Position numbers and translations under genes: made by a program | Shown: positions 13,834 to 26,210 of the stretch, in pieces | Layout: each line of letters starts with the position of its first letter | Numbering within the stretch: the first letter of the stretch is position 1 | DNA from: Callorhinchus milii | Taxonomy: Eukaryota | NCBI RefSeq assembly: GCF_018977255.1 | Contig: NW_024704742.1 | Span: 25,298,001 to 25,362,000 of the forward strand | Length of the DNA stretch: 64,000 nucleotides | Direction: 5' to 3' | Notes under the pieces: generated by a model | What the model saw: the letters and a program-made list of their open reading frames with translations, nothing else | Databases searched by the model: none | What the model was told of the DNA's origin: nothing

Positions 13834-14407
13834 GTAAGTAGAGAGCACAGCATTAAATCAACAGAGATCGAGCTCAAACACTCATGGTGAAGTGTAAAAT
13901 ACAAAAAAGCACTTATTTACTTTTAAAGTTAACATATCAATAAAAAAGCCCTTACAAACCAGGAGAGAGACAAAGGGATAACATTGATACATTTTAGTTA
14001 AACTTCACTGAACCATTTTCACCACAGAAAACCTGTTTGATTTCCTTTTTCTGATACTTTACAAGCAAGGGCCTTTATCCATTGCCTCTCCAGACAGAGT
14101 AAAGCCAGGCTTTATTTGTCTAGATCCTGGAATCCATAAGGATATTTATAGCTAGTCCTGTTGGAAATTTACTAACTACACTATAGTCTTTTAGTTGTGC
14201 TTTGAGCAGAACCACTTAGTTCATTGCCAATGGGACTTGAAAGAATAAATTGAGGTACAATTGCTGCTGAGTATAAGTTGTTAGTGTAATAATTGCTAGC
14301 AAACGATTTATCTGAAAATGTGCTGGCAGTTTTTTTTAGATCAGCCAAACTGTTGTTGACAGTATGTTTTTCCTGAATCCCATTGCTAAAGTTCTGTATA
14401 AAGTCAG

Positions 14408-14525
14408 TTTTTTTTTGTCAGCTGGATGTCTGACACTTGTGCAAACACATCACCATGCTTACGACGATCCAAATCAGACTGAGAGTTCCACATATATACA
14501 CCACCTACACATGGACATTTCTCTA
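14408..14525 (-). repeat. Family C terminal fragment, reverse orientation
   Basis: T-run + gtcagctggatgtctgacac..catcaccatgctt..ctgagagttcca is the reverse complement of the family C end. Confidence 0.7.
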
Positions 14526-14561
14526 CAGTAGGCGAACACTTACAAAAAGGCACAAGCGGAT

Positions 14562-14888
14562 AAATAATAATAATAATAATCCTTGCATTTGATATAGCGC
14601 TTTTCACGTCGGGAGGACGTCCCAAAGCGCTTCACAGAACACACTGTAAAGTGAATTGACTGTATATTTGTGGGCGAACGCGGCAGCCAATTGTGCACAG
14701 CAATGTCCCACAAACAGTCGTAGATTGAAAATGACCAATTTATTATTGTTTTTGGTTTTGGAGGGATTATTATTAGGCTCTGTGTGGAGTAAGGAAACTT
14801 GCCCAAGGTTTCGCCCTCTGCCTGGAATTGAACTCAGGTCTCTCACTTGCAAAGCGAGTGCTCTAACCACTGAGCTACAGGATTCCAC
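14562..14888 (-). mobile_element. tRNA-Ala SINE subfamily A, full length
   Basis: Near-identical reverse complement of 1454-1771 and 51958-52273. Confidence 0.92.
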
Positions 14889-15719
14889 AAATAAAGCGAG
14901 AGTTGTACTGAATGCTTATGGCTATCACAAGAAAGGCAGGACAAAGGGTAGATAAAAACAATAGATATTGTCAAATATTTACAACTGGCCCTATTGGAAA
15001 TTTACTAAACAGAAAAAGAAAGTCTTGAACACATTGATTCATGCCTATAAACCGCCCTAAATTCCCAACATGTTTATTTACATTTTATTTTAATTCAAAC
15101 ATTGCAATGTTGTTTGATGTGGTAAAACTGGTGGAGGGCTAATAATATTTAATGGGTCTATGTCGCCTTCTCTTGTGGTAAATCACTGTAGGATTTAACA
15201 CCTCCAGTTAGGGGAAGCAAATAAGTAGCAAGTGCAGTGCTTTCATAACTAAGGAGTTGCATTGTTTTCACTGGATAATAACCATTTATGACCGCTGTTT
15301 TAGTTATTCAAGCAAACAGAACTTCAAATCCCGGTATGAATAAATTGAAAGAATATTTTTATTCAATCTATTTTGAATGTTTCCCTTCTTTTGTATCCAG
15401 ATGATTAGAAGCTAAAGCTGTTTCTTTCACTTGTAGAATCATACAGTCATGTACTGGGATTCCTTAATAATGAATTAGAAATGGGAACTCCTACTGGGAA
15501 CAGAATGTCTATCACCAAACTGCAAAAACTCCATTTCAAAAGAAGATTGTGTCAAAGTGGAGCTCCTGCAGCTCAGTGTGACAGACCTATGGTTTCCCTA
15601 TTACGAATCCCAATAGAAATAACTGCACACATGTCAGATCAATACTTTAGGATGCACCAAGATAGTCGAATAAGAGAGCATAGGTTTAGAGTTACAAACA
15701 AGCAATTTCAGGCACAGGG

Positions 15720-16190
15720 ATTCTCCCCATCCCTGTTAAACCTACCAGCTAAAGCTCTCATGGGTAGGGTGATCCTAGCTAGACAAAGCAGTAGGATATT
15801 TACCACAATAGCTTTCAAAGACGAGTTGTGTGGTTTTAGCGGGTTAAACTCCAACAGTATCCCAATGAACACTTTTGGGTGTCCAAGCCTTGGGCTCTTG
15901 CCAACGTGCGCCTATTAGTAATAATAATAATCATCCTTGTATTTGATATAGCGCCTTACCACGTCTTCGAGACGTCTCAAGGCGCTTCCCAGAATATACT
16001 GTAATAATCTCCATCATTAAATAAGCAGAGTGATTCCCTCCATGGAGAATGTGCACCTTCCATTCGAGACACAGGGAAATGTCCACGTGTAAGGGGCATA
16101 TGCATGTGTAACTCTATCTGGTTTGAATAACCTTAAACATGGTGATGGATTTCCACCTGTCAGACATCCAACTGACCACAAAAAAAATCC
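15720..16190 (+). repeat. Family C copy, interrupted by a minus-strand SINE tail (~15920-16003)
   Basis: gatcctagctagacaagcag...ccaagccttggg...catggtgatggatttcc..ctgaccac. Confidence 0.7.
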
Positions 16191-16414
16191 AGGTTGAAGA
16201 CTGGACCCACCTTGTTTCTTGGAATGGTTTCCCTTTGCCTCTTTTACCAGTGAAACACTGTGACAGGATCCTCTTAAATTGATTAAAATCCCTTATTAAA
16301 CAGAGAGGCAGCTCATTCTCATCTTATCAGCTCCTGCTGCTTCCATATACCACATCCACTGTCAATTCTCAATTCATTGATAAACCCTTTTGTTAACCGA
16401 GTCATTAAAAGCTA

Positions 16415-17449
16415 TCAAATCTTGGAGGCCAAGGACAACCTCAGGCTTCTCTTCTCTACTACCAACCGCCTCCTTCTTCCACCCTTTCACGCCTCGCTCA
16501 TCTTCTCCTCCAACTCCAACTGTGAGGAGATGCTGGATTTCCTTGAGACCAAAATCGAGGGGATCTGTTCAGCCATCTCCGCCCTCCCAACCACCACCCC
16601 CTCCCCATCTCTCCCTCACACTCCACCCCCTACCCATCCCTCCATCCACATCTTGGAATCTATCTCCCCCTCCTCTCTCATCACCATTATAACCTGCATG
16701 AATCCCACCACCTGCTCCCTCGACCCCATCCCCCCTCCTTACCTCCCAGCTCCACCTCCTCGCCCTTTTACTCACAGACCTTCTCAACCTCTCCCTGTCA
16801 ACTGGCACCGTTCCCATCTCTCTAAAAACAGCTGTCATCATCCCTATTCTAAAAAAGCTTTCCTGGACCCATCCCTGCTCACTAACCACCGACCCATCTC
16901 CAACCTCCCTTTCCAAGGCCCTTGAAAGAGTTGTTGCTTCACTCCTCCATCTCCTGCCACTCTCTTTATGAACCCCTCCAATCGAGTTTTGTGCTGCCCA
17001 CAGCATGGAAACAGCCCTGGTCAAGGTGACAAATGACATTCTGTCCATCTGTGACCAGGGCTCCCTCTGTCTCCTCATCCTCCTCGACCTGTCTGCTGCC
17101 TTTGACACTGTGGACCATTCTATCCTCCTCCCTGCCTCTCCTCTCACTTTAATCTTCAAGTATCTGTCCTTGAATGGTTCAGATCCTATCTCTCACACCG
17201 GCTCCACTTTGTCTCCACAAATGACTTCTCCTCCAGCCCCCGCACCATCTTGTGTGGTGTTCCTCAGGGCTCTGTCCTCCGTCCTCTCTTCTTCAACCTG
17301 TACATGCTGTTCATCCCGCTTGTTAACATCATCCGTAGACATGCAGTCAACTTTCACATGTACGCGGATGACACTCAACTCTATCTCTCTGCCTCCACCC
17401 TCGACCCCAGAACCACAGATGTCCTGACAGAATGTCTGTCAGACATCAA
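16415..17449 (+). mobile_element. L2-type LINE reverse transcriptase fragment (frameshifted); resumes at 18292-18357
   Basis: RT motifs [57 protein letters not shown]. Confidence 0.92.
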
Positions 17450-18292
17450 TACAATACAAAATTACTTTTGTAAAGTGCCTTCATGTCGGGAGGACAGACC
17501 AAGACGCTGAAAAATCAGGGATTAGGACCCGAGCTGGGGTGGCGGTTGGGACCAGGGAGGGTGGAGGGCAGAGAGGGTAGGAGAGTGGTCAAAGGCATAA
17601 TCGAAAAAGAGGGTCTTGAGGCATGTCTTGATGGAGGCAATGGTGATTGATGGTGGGGTGGGCTGAGCGGAGCGAGCAGACAGGTTGATAAAGGGTTAGC
17701 CGGTTGGAGATGTGGGATGGGGCAAGGCCATGGAGGGCCTTGAAAGGTGGGTATGAGATTTTTGAGCTCGATCCTCTGAGGGATGGGGAGCCAGTGGAGC
17801 CGGGCGAGGGTGGGTGTGATGGGGTCACGGAGCCTGGTATGGGAGAGGACATGAACTGCAGAGTTCTGGATGATCTGCAGATTGTGGAGAGAATTAGGGC
17901 ATTGGCATAGTCGAGGCTGGTTGCAATGAAGGCATTAAAAAGGTTTCAGAGGCCTGAGGGGTGAGGCAGTAGCAGATTCGGGCAATGTTGCGGAGGTGGG
18001 AGAAGGCAGAGGGGGTCAATGTGGGAGAGAAAGGACAGTTGAGGGTCAGACACGATGCCTCAGTTCCTGTCTTGCTTGGTGAGATGGAGTGTGCATCCAT
18101 GGATGCTGATGCTGCCAGTACCTGAGGTGCAGAGGTGAGAACCAATCAGGAAAGCCTAGGTCTTGCTGACGTTCAACTGTAGAAAGTTGGCTCTCATCTA
18201 GGACTTGATGTCTGACAGGCGGTCTGTCAAGACATCAGTGGTCCTGGGATCGAGGGTGGAGGCAGAGAGATAGAATTTGGTGTCATCTGCGT
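17450..18292 (-). mobile_element. L2-type LINE, 5'-truncated at the YADD region, inserted in the plus copy
   Basis: LINE tail at 17450; ORF2 C-terminal motifs (FKALHGLAP, LRNIAR) on the minus strand. Confidence 0.88.
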
Positions 18293-18865
18293 CAAGTCCC
18301 GGATGAGAGCCAACATTCTACAGTGAAAGGTGCTTTACAAATGCAATTTTGTATGTATTTTGATATTATTTTTAATTATCCTATTGCCTCAAACTGGCCA
18401 AAGTGTCTGAATGAATAGGTTAATTTTGTTCTGATGATCATCTTCACTTTACCATTCTCTATTCTCCTGAGTATATCCAGAGTTTCAATTACTGTTGATC
18501 TTTCCATGACAGAAACTCAAATTATTCTGCAAAAGAAAATATGAATATTGTTTTACAAACTGGATGAGCTGACAACCCAGCCTGGGTTAATTAACAATAT
18601 AATAGTCCTTGCATTTGATATAGCTCCTTATCAATTCATCGAAAGATCTCAAAGGGCTTCAAGGATTTTACTGTGAAGTGTAATGACTATAAGTATTTAT
18701 AACTTAAATATAAGTTATATATACTGGGTGTTTATCTAGCAAAGAAGGAACTTATATTTTTATAGTGCCTTATTAATTAAAAAGTGCTTCACAGGTAATT
18801 GTATTTGGATGTGATAAAGTGCTATATCAGATGCAAGGATTATCATTATTTTACTTTACCTGTCA

Positions 18866-19188
18866 AGTGCTGTAGCTCAGTGGTTAGAGCACTCGCTTTG
18901 CAAGTGAGAGACCTGAGTTCAATTCCAGGCACAGGGCGAAACCTTGGGCAAGTTTCCTTACTCCACACACCGAATAATAATCCCTCCAAAAACCCAAAAC
19001 AATAATAAATTGGTCATTTTCAATCTACGACTGTTTGTGGGACATTGCTGTGCGCAATTGGCTGCCGCGTTCGCCCACAAATATACCGTCAATTCACTTT
19101 ACAGTGTGTTCTATGAAGCGCTTTGGGACGTCCTCCCGATGTGAAAAGCGCTATATCAAATGCAATGATTATTATTATTATTATTATT
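18866..19188 (+). mobile_element. tRNA-Ala SINE subfamily A
   Basis: A and B boxes, Deu core and (tta)n tail; near-identical to the other A copies. Confidence 0.92.
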
Positions 19189-19454
19189 GAATCTTTAACA
19201 TCCAGCTGAAGAACGGGTAGAACAAATAGGATTGGGCAGGGTTGTGATAGGTTCTTTTCCCCCCACCCCCCCTCCCTCCCTTTCACCAACAAGCACTCAA
19301 TGTCTGGACTCAACATGAAGACTGATCATTTGGGAGAGGTAATGGAGTCCTGCAAATGCCCGTGGGATTCATTCTCAGCATGAGTCACTGCCTTCAGGAG
19401 AAAAGGTTAACAAATTGCAAAAAGTATTAAACCTAAAAATAAGACCAAGAAAAG

Positions 19455-20152
19455 AACTTGTACTTTTATTAGCACCTATAACGACGTCACAAAGCACTTT
19501 ATAGTAATTACTGCTCATTTTTCACAGCAAGGTCCACAATGTGAATGGAGAATTAATGTATAGGATTGTCTACCAGATCACAAGGAGAAACGTCCTTCTC
19601 TTTTGAACAGTGACATTGGTGTCTGTTATTTTTCAGTGGTTGGTAAGAATACAATTTTGTTTAACATCTTGTCTGAAGGATGGCACTTCTGACAATGCAG
19701 CGTCCCCCTGGCACTGCAATTGAGTTTCAGCTGATTGTGGGAGGTCACATCCTGACATAATAATAATAATAATAATCCTTGCATTTGATATAGTGCTTTT
19801 CACGTCGGGAGGACGTCCCAAAGCGCTTCACAGAACACACTGCAAAGTGAATTGACTGTATATTTGTGGGCTAACGCGGCAGCCAATTGCGCACAGCAAT
19901 GTCCCACAAACAGTCGTAGATTGAAAATGACCAATTTATTATTGTTTTTGGTTTTGGAGGGATTATTATTAGGCTCTGTGTGGAGTAAGGAAACTTGCCC
20001 AAGGTTTCACCCTGACCTGCCTGGAATTGAACTCAGGTCTCTCACTTGCAAAGCGAGCGCTCTAGCCACTGAGCTACAGGACTCCACATGGGGCTTGAAC
20101 CCACAATCTTCTGACCCAGGAGCACAGGTGCTACCAATTGAGCTAGGCTGAC
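19455..20152 (-). mobile_element. Deu-SINE subfamily B hosting a nested subfamily A copy
   Basis: B-type head at 20088-20152 and B-type Deu domain at ~19575-19756 flank the insert. Confidence 0.75.
19757..20087 (-). mobile_element. tRNA-Ala SINE subfamily A (nested)
   Basis: Full-length reverse copy, near-identical to 14562-14888. Confidence 0.92.
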
Positions 20153-21979
20153 ACCTGCCATGCACTCAATAGCATTTGCAGAAAAATGTCCTCTAATCTG
20201 CAACCACTGTGCACTTTCCACCACAGCTAACAGGAGAGTCACTGCAATGGGGATTTTCCCCCAGTCAGTCCCGAATAATAGTCCACTACAAAATTACGTA
20301 AAACATCACAGCACAGACCAGTCAGCCTAACTAATCTGTGCCCTTGTTTATACTCCAAATGTTATACTTCCTTCACTCCTAATCCCCTCTCCTATACTTC
20401 TCTAGTCCCTTTTCCCACATGTGTGCTTTGAGTTACACTTTAAACACGTTCATGCTTCCTGACTCATACATAGCTTCCGCCAATACAGTTCCACAATACA
20501 GTTGCAGTCCTCTTTGCAACTGAAGTTAAATTGAATGCACAATTAGCTATGACAAGTCGGCATAGCTTTGATGAAGTGCCTTTATTAAACACAACCATTA
20601 ATAAATTTATAAGCCGATCCAGGGGGATCCATCTCTTTTTAAAGTCCCGTGGGACCAGAACAGTTTCAGATTTTTTCAGTGCTGTCCCAGACAGTTCCTG
20701 AAGCCAGGAGGATTGAAGACTCACTAGGGTCCAGTAGAGTTTTACAGCAACTTTCAAACCTGTTTTAGATGTAAATTGAGCAATTAATTTGAGTCTTATC
20801 ATAGCAGTATCAATCTGGTGTGGCAACGATGCTGCAAGTTGGAATTTTATTTCTAATTATGGCTTGAAAAAGCAATCCAAACTGATTTTAATATCATTAC
20901 TTTCCTGGATAGTAATTCAGGATTGCAAAGGTTATTCATCTTTAGAGAATATATAAATGCAAATTGCAACAGCACTCAAAAGGGTTAAGATTTCTGTGTG
21001 AAAAGCTGAGGTCTTCATGCTGGGTAATTGAGTTGCACAGGGCTGCAGGTCACAAAAGCAGCTATAGCTTAACTGTTATTAAATGTTACAGCCTTTTCAC
21101 AAAAGATCATTTAGAAAAATTCCCTGTGGTGAGAAGATTGCAATTGTATATGTGTTGTCTGGCTGGAGATCATTAGCCTCAAAAGATGATGAAATGGGTT
21201 CCAGTTTGGAAACGACCATGTGGGACATTGTGGCTGAGATCACAAAAGAAATTTGGATGAAAATGACTCTTTGGTCCATTTGGTTTCATCCTTCCAGAAT
21301 ATGTCTTCGTATTAACTCTAGGAGTCTGTATGGAAGATCTGAATGAAAAAGTGACAATGGTTAGACAATGTGCAGAACGGCAGTTATGCAATGAATGTAG
21401 GGTGTTATGTAACAGTCAGAATTGTTACTTTATCTCTGTGGAGGCACATGTCATTTCATGTTGCCATAAAGATGCCAAGGTCTATGGAACCCACCCGCAA
21501 GTGGTCCAACTGCAAATGTTAAGATTGTGGTTTATCATTTTTCAGATTGAAGAAAGGATGAGGGGGCCACTGTCCCAAGTGCTGAACAATGTAGATATAA
21601 GATGGAAAAGGTTAGGGAGAAGATCTGATTAAGCAAGAACCTGCAGTTAAACAGACTCTAGGAGGAAGGGGACATATAGGATGTTTCGAAGGTTGTGGGG
21701 AAAGCTGAGCCGGTCAGAACATGGATGTGTGGTGCAAAGGGCAGATTGGAGCCAAAGAAGCTACTGAGTTTCTGCACCAACTCTGCGAGGTGGAGTGTGT
21801 TGCATATTGATTTAATGACTTAATTGGCAATTTGACATTGACAATGAGAAGCAAGCAAATAGAAAAGGATTCTGGAAAGTGACTGGGCAGATTGTGGAAG
21901 AGAGTGGAAGTGTAAGGTTTAAATAAACGATCTAGTGAATTGAAACTGAGTTTTGGATTTACAAACGTGAGATTGAGCA

Positions 21980-22150
21980 TCCTTGCAGGTTAATGCTCTC
22001 AGCACCTGAAGTGAGAAACCACTGATGGGAGCCTCTGTCTTGTCGACGGTCAACAGAAGAAAGTTAGAGCTCATCTAGGATTTCATGTTTCACAGGCAAT
22101 CGGTCAGAACAGCAGTGATGCTGGAGTCGAGGGTGGAGGCAGATGTACAT
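21980..22150 (-). mobile_element. Degraded L2 ORF2 fragment
   Basis: Similar to 18120-18270 (agaaagtt..ctcatctagga..gagggtggaggcaga). Confidence 0.65.
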
Positions 22151-22624
22151 AACAAGGGGGAAGCCCAGGAAATGTTTTTTTATTTGGAGTTTAGAGGGAT
22201 TATTTACAGTAATAAAGCTATTTCTGATATTAGAGTAACTATTACTGGAATATTACTGTTCTTTTAGCACAACATTGAAACTGTACTGAAACATACAGAA
22301 ACGGTTAGCCCACCGTACCGGAGGAGCTGTAGATCGGCTGGCATTTTTAGGGTTAACTCTGCAGTGCTGAGTAAACCTGGTTCAACTGCAATGTCTCTCA
22401 GAATATATAACAGCTACTTTAGTTAATTGGATCAGCCCTGAATAATTGGTTAAATTCATGTTTTTCTCCCCCACAGTGATTATATATTGCTGTGTTTAAC
22501 ATACCAGAATGGACAGAGGAGCACCAACCCAGTTCAAATTATCCCAACAATGCTATAGCCCTTTTAGGTGTAGTTTGATGCTACCCCGAGAAGGGCTGCA
22601 CATCAGCAACTTCTAATTCAATTA

Positions 22625-22915
22625 GGGCACTGCTGATGACAACACAGCCAGCCTAGGTTCATTGGCAGGACTTGGAGGTGTGTCACTGGGGGGAAGAATT
22701 CTTTTTACTCAGCTCCTGTTAACCTTGCAAGCCAAAGTTCTAACGGGTTGGGTTGCCTTAGCTGGTTAAGCAATGGAAACGCTTGCCAGACAATGCTTTC
22801 AATGGCAAGCTCTGTGTTTTAGCTGATTAAACTCGAGCAGCACACCAAGCCTCGGCTGTTGCCAACGTGTATCTAACAGCCTCCAGAGTTAGGTAAGCAA
22901 GATGTGAAACATGTC
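22625..22915 (+). repeat. Family C copy lacking the 3' end
   Basis: gggcactgctgatgac..gcttgccagacaatgctttcaatggcaagc..ccagagttaggtaagc. Confidence 0.75.
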
Positions 22916-24899
22916 AGTCGTTCCACAAAAAGCCATGAGATGAGTGATCAATTAATCTGTAGTATTGTTGGCCAGGACACCGGGAGAAACTTTCTTCCCT
23001 TTTTGAATATTGGCAAGAGATCTTTAGCATCCATGAAAATGTCAACAGTTGGTGTTTTAATACCTGAATGTTTCGTCCGAAGGATGGCACCTCTGACAAA
23101 GCAGCGCTTTTCCAACACTGTGCTGAAGAGCTGTGCTGTTCCATCACTGTCTAAACTTTGAGCCATTCTCCCTCACTCTCTAGAACTCCACCTTCAACCC
23201 TCCACTTTGTCCCCTCCCCACCATTAAAGTTGGCCTTACGACCTATCTTTTCAATGACACTTTCGGTAACTTCCCGCACCAGCTTGGATGCACTGTCAAC
23301 TGTGTAAAGTCTGTGTAAGAAGTCCTCCTAATATGAAAGGCACTAAATAAGTGTAAATTCTTGTTCCTTAGCCTCACAGTTTATGGACCGAAGTTCGTAG
23401 AAACTACAGGTGCCCTGAGGGACCTGATTCCGGGTTGATTGCTGGCTGTGTGAAGGCTGACGCAGATTTATTGCTGTGGCACTCATGCTTCCTGTCACAT
23501 TACTGCATCCTGCCCTCACTCAGCGCTCAGATTGATGAGCCCAAATGATGACTTTTCCCCTGTGGCAGACATTTCTTTGAACTGCACTCCATGGGATACC
23601 ATACCCCAGGAAGTTTCCTGTCCAACGACTGCTGTGCTTTCCTTCATTCTGATGGCAAGCATAAAAATTACAGGGAAACTGCAAGAATTACAATGATGCT
23701 ACAGTGGATGCCTTCAAAAAGCTGACAAATTGGACTCGCAGTGGGGGTGTGCAGGAATTCCAGAGTGTGTTTCTAATCTTTTGCTCTCAGTAGAGGACTA
23801 CATGTTGGAAGTAATACTATTTCTGTATCTTAACTTCAATGGTTGTTTCAGTCCATGATCAAATTTGATTTCCATTTGCTTCCTAATTCAAATTTGGCTT
23901 TGAATTTTGGTAATGCCACATCTGAGTCAGATATCTATCACAAATACTACAACGGATTGTTTTTACAGGGTTAATAAACCCTTTTTAAAAAACATTTGGT
24001 CACTCAATGCACGACTGTTGGTGGGACACCGCTGTGCACAATTGGCTGTCGCGTTTCGCCCACAAAGTATATCCTGTGAAGTGCTTTGAGACGTCTCAAA
24101 GACTAGATAAGGCACTATATCAAAATGCAAGGATTAGTATTATAATCAACAACAACTTGCATTTATATAGGGCCCCTCACGCAGGATAGAGTCCGAGAGT
24201 GGCCATACTAATCCACCATCCACAGATATATTCACCACATATTCACAAGATCAGAGGAGAGGTTGAGATGAAGAAGGTCCTTAACCCATTTGATCTCATC
24301 CTAACATCTCTCTATTACAGCATCATCAACCTTTTTAAATGAGTCCCGCATCCTGGTGCCTTTCCCCCTTCCTTCCTAGTAACCTGTTCCTGTTAATTAT
24401 CCACTGTTTAACAAAATGCTTCCTAGTGTCTGCTCTGAAATTGACCTTCACAACACTGATCCTGTGCCCTCTTTTTATACTACCACTGCTATCATTCTAA
24501 ATTTATTTTCACAATCCCACTTAAAATTGGTCATTCAATCCACGACTGTTTGTGGGACACTGCTGTGCGCAATTGGCTGCTGCGTTTTGCCCACAAAATG
24601 TAGTCATTTCATTATACAGTATGTTCTGTGTTGCGCTTTGAGACGTCCAGAACACGTGATAAGGTGCTATATTAAATGCATTGATTATTATTATCACTAA
24701 AACGTTCTCTCTGAGATGCCTCTTTTCAGGGCTGAAGAGCCCTAATCATCTAACCATTCTTCTTACACTAGGATCATCCTCGTTGCTCTCCTCTGCAACC
24801 AAGGGCTTCTTCCAAGGTAAGCGGGTCCCCTTGGAACTGAACTAGCTCCTATGGGATATGTTTGGCAATAGAATGTCAGAATCGAACCAACCCGCTGTA

Positions 24900-25366
24900 G
24901 TAGCCATGGTCCATAGTACTCCAGGGCACTGCTGATGACAGCTCAGCCAGCCTGGCTCATTGGCAAGACTTCGAAGAGCAGACCAGTCACTGGTAGCAGG
25001 GACTCTTCCCTCTCAGCTCCTGTTAGCCCTGCAAACCATTTGGGTAGGATGGTCCTAGCTGGACAAGCAACTGGAAAGTTTACCAGGCAATGCTCTCAAT
25101 GGCAAGCTATGAGTTTTATCTAATTAGACTCCAAAAGTATCCCAACACAGAATCTGGGGTCCCCAAGCCTTGGCTCTTGACAGCCTGCACCTAATACTCT
25201 CCAGATTAGGATACTTCCCTCCAGGGAGAGAGTGCTCATACCATTCCAATAAATATTATGAGAATTTCCATGTTCAGGTGGGATGCATGGAACTCTCAGT
25301 TTATTTTGGATACTTTTAAGCATGGTAATGAGTTTCCATGTGTCAGACACCCGCCTGACCAAAAGA
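24900..25366 (+). repeat. Family C, longest copy (may extend left to ~24800)
   Basis: Contains all the blocks shared among the other copies; ends cctgaccaaaa. Confidence 0.8.
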
Positions 25367-25850
25367 AATACATCCTCTCACTGCTCCAAGGAGTGACTGT
25401 AAGAATGCATCAGAACTATAAACTGACATGGCAGATGGACTTACATTCCTTAGGAGGTGTTAGGAGATATAAATTGAGAAAATGTGGATTTTTGGTACAG
25501 GGAGACTAAATAAATAATTTAAAAACCCAGGGACTGTAATCTCTCAAGATTTTTCTTCCCCTTTAATTGTTAGACAACTCAATTTAAGGAATTTCGAGAC
25601 ATTCTTCTGCATGAAAAAATAAAACACAATACATAAATAATCATTGCATTTGATATAGCGCTTTTCACCTCACAAGGAAATCTGTATACAGGATATACTG
25701 CAATGTGCAGTGAATATGTATTTTGTAGACAAATGTAAAAAGGCACTATAGATCTACAGTTTGTTGAATGAAAACATACAGCTGTAGAAGAGAAAAAGTT
25801 TGGGGAAAAGGTGTTTTTTCTTAAAAATAAGAAATTAGAATATAATTCTT

Positions 25851-26210
25851 GTAATCCTGGCATTTGATATAGCGCCTTATCACATCTTCAAGACGTCTTA
25901 AAGCGCTTCCACATTATACTGTAAAGTGAATTGACTGTACATTTTGTGGGTGAAACATGGCAGCCAATTGTGCACAGAAGTGTCCCACAAACAGTCGTGG
26001 ATTGAAGTGACCAATTCATTTTTTTTAAGGAATTATTACCCCCAGAAACGCAATCCGCCAATCGACTAACAACCGGGTTCCTACTTACTGCTAGGTAAAT
26101 AGAGGTGTGCCAAGTAAGGAAATTTTCCCAACATCTCTCCCTGCCGGGAATCAATACCAGGTCTCTCGCCTTGCGAGGTGAGTGCTCTAACCACAGAGCT
26201 ACAAGACTCT
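25851..26210 (-). mobile_element. tRNA-Ala SINE, longer and older subfamily A'
   Basis: Same head and Deu half as A, plus an extra block (atttacctagcagtaagtaggaacccggttgttagtcgattggcgg on the SINE strand). Confidence 0.85.

Noticed and set aside
14604..14955. Recurring 60-100 aa ORFs (ESCSSVVRAL..., MTVYLWANAAAN...) that look like a small gene family
   Set aside because: They are chance translations of near-identical SINE copies.
16377..17510. Intact reverse transcriptase gene or domesticated RT system
   Set aside because: Multiple frameshifts, stops and an internal insertion; an ordinary dead L2 copy.
24931..24980. Hammerhead ribozyme in family C (ctgatga)
   Set aside because: No stem II followed by GAAA in any copy examined.
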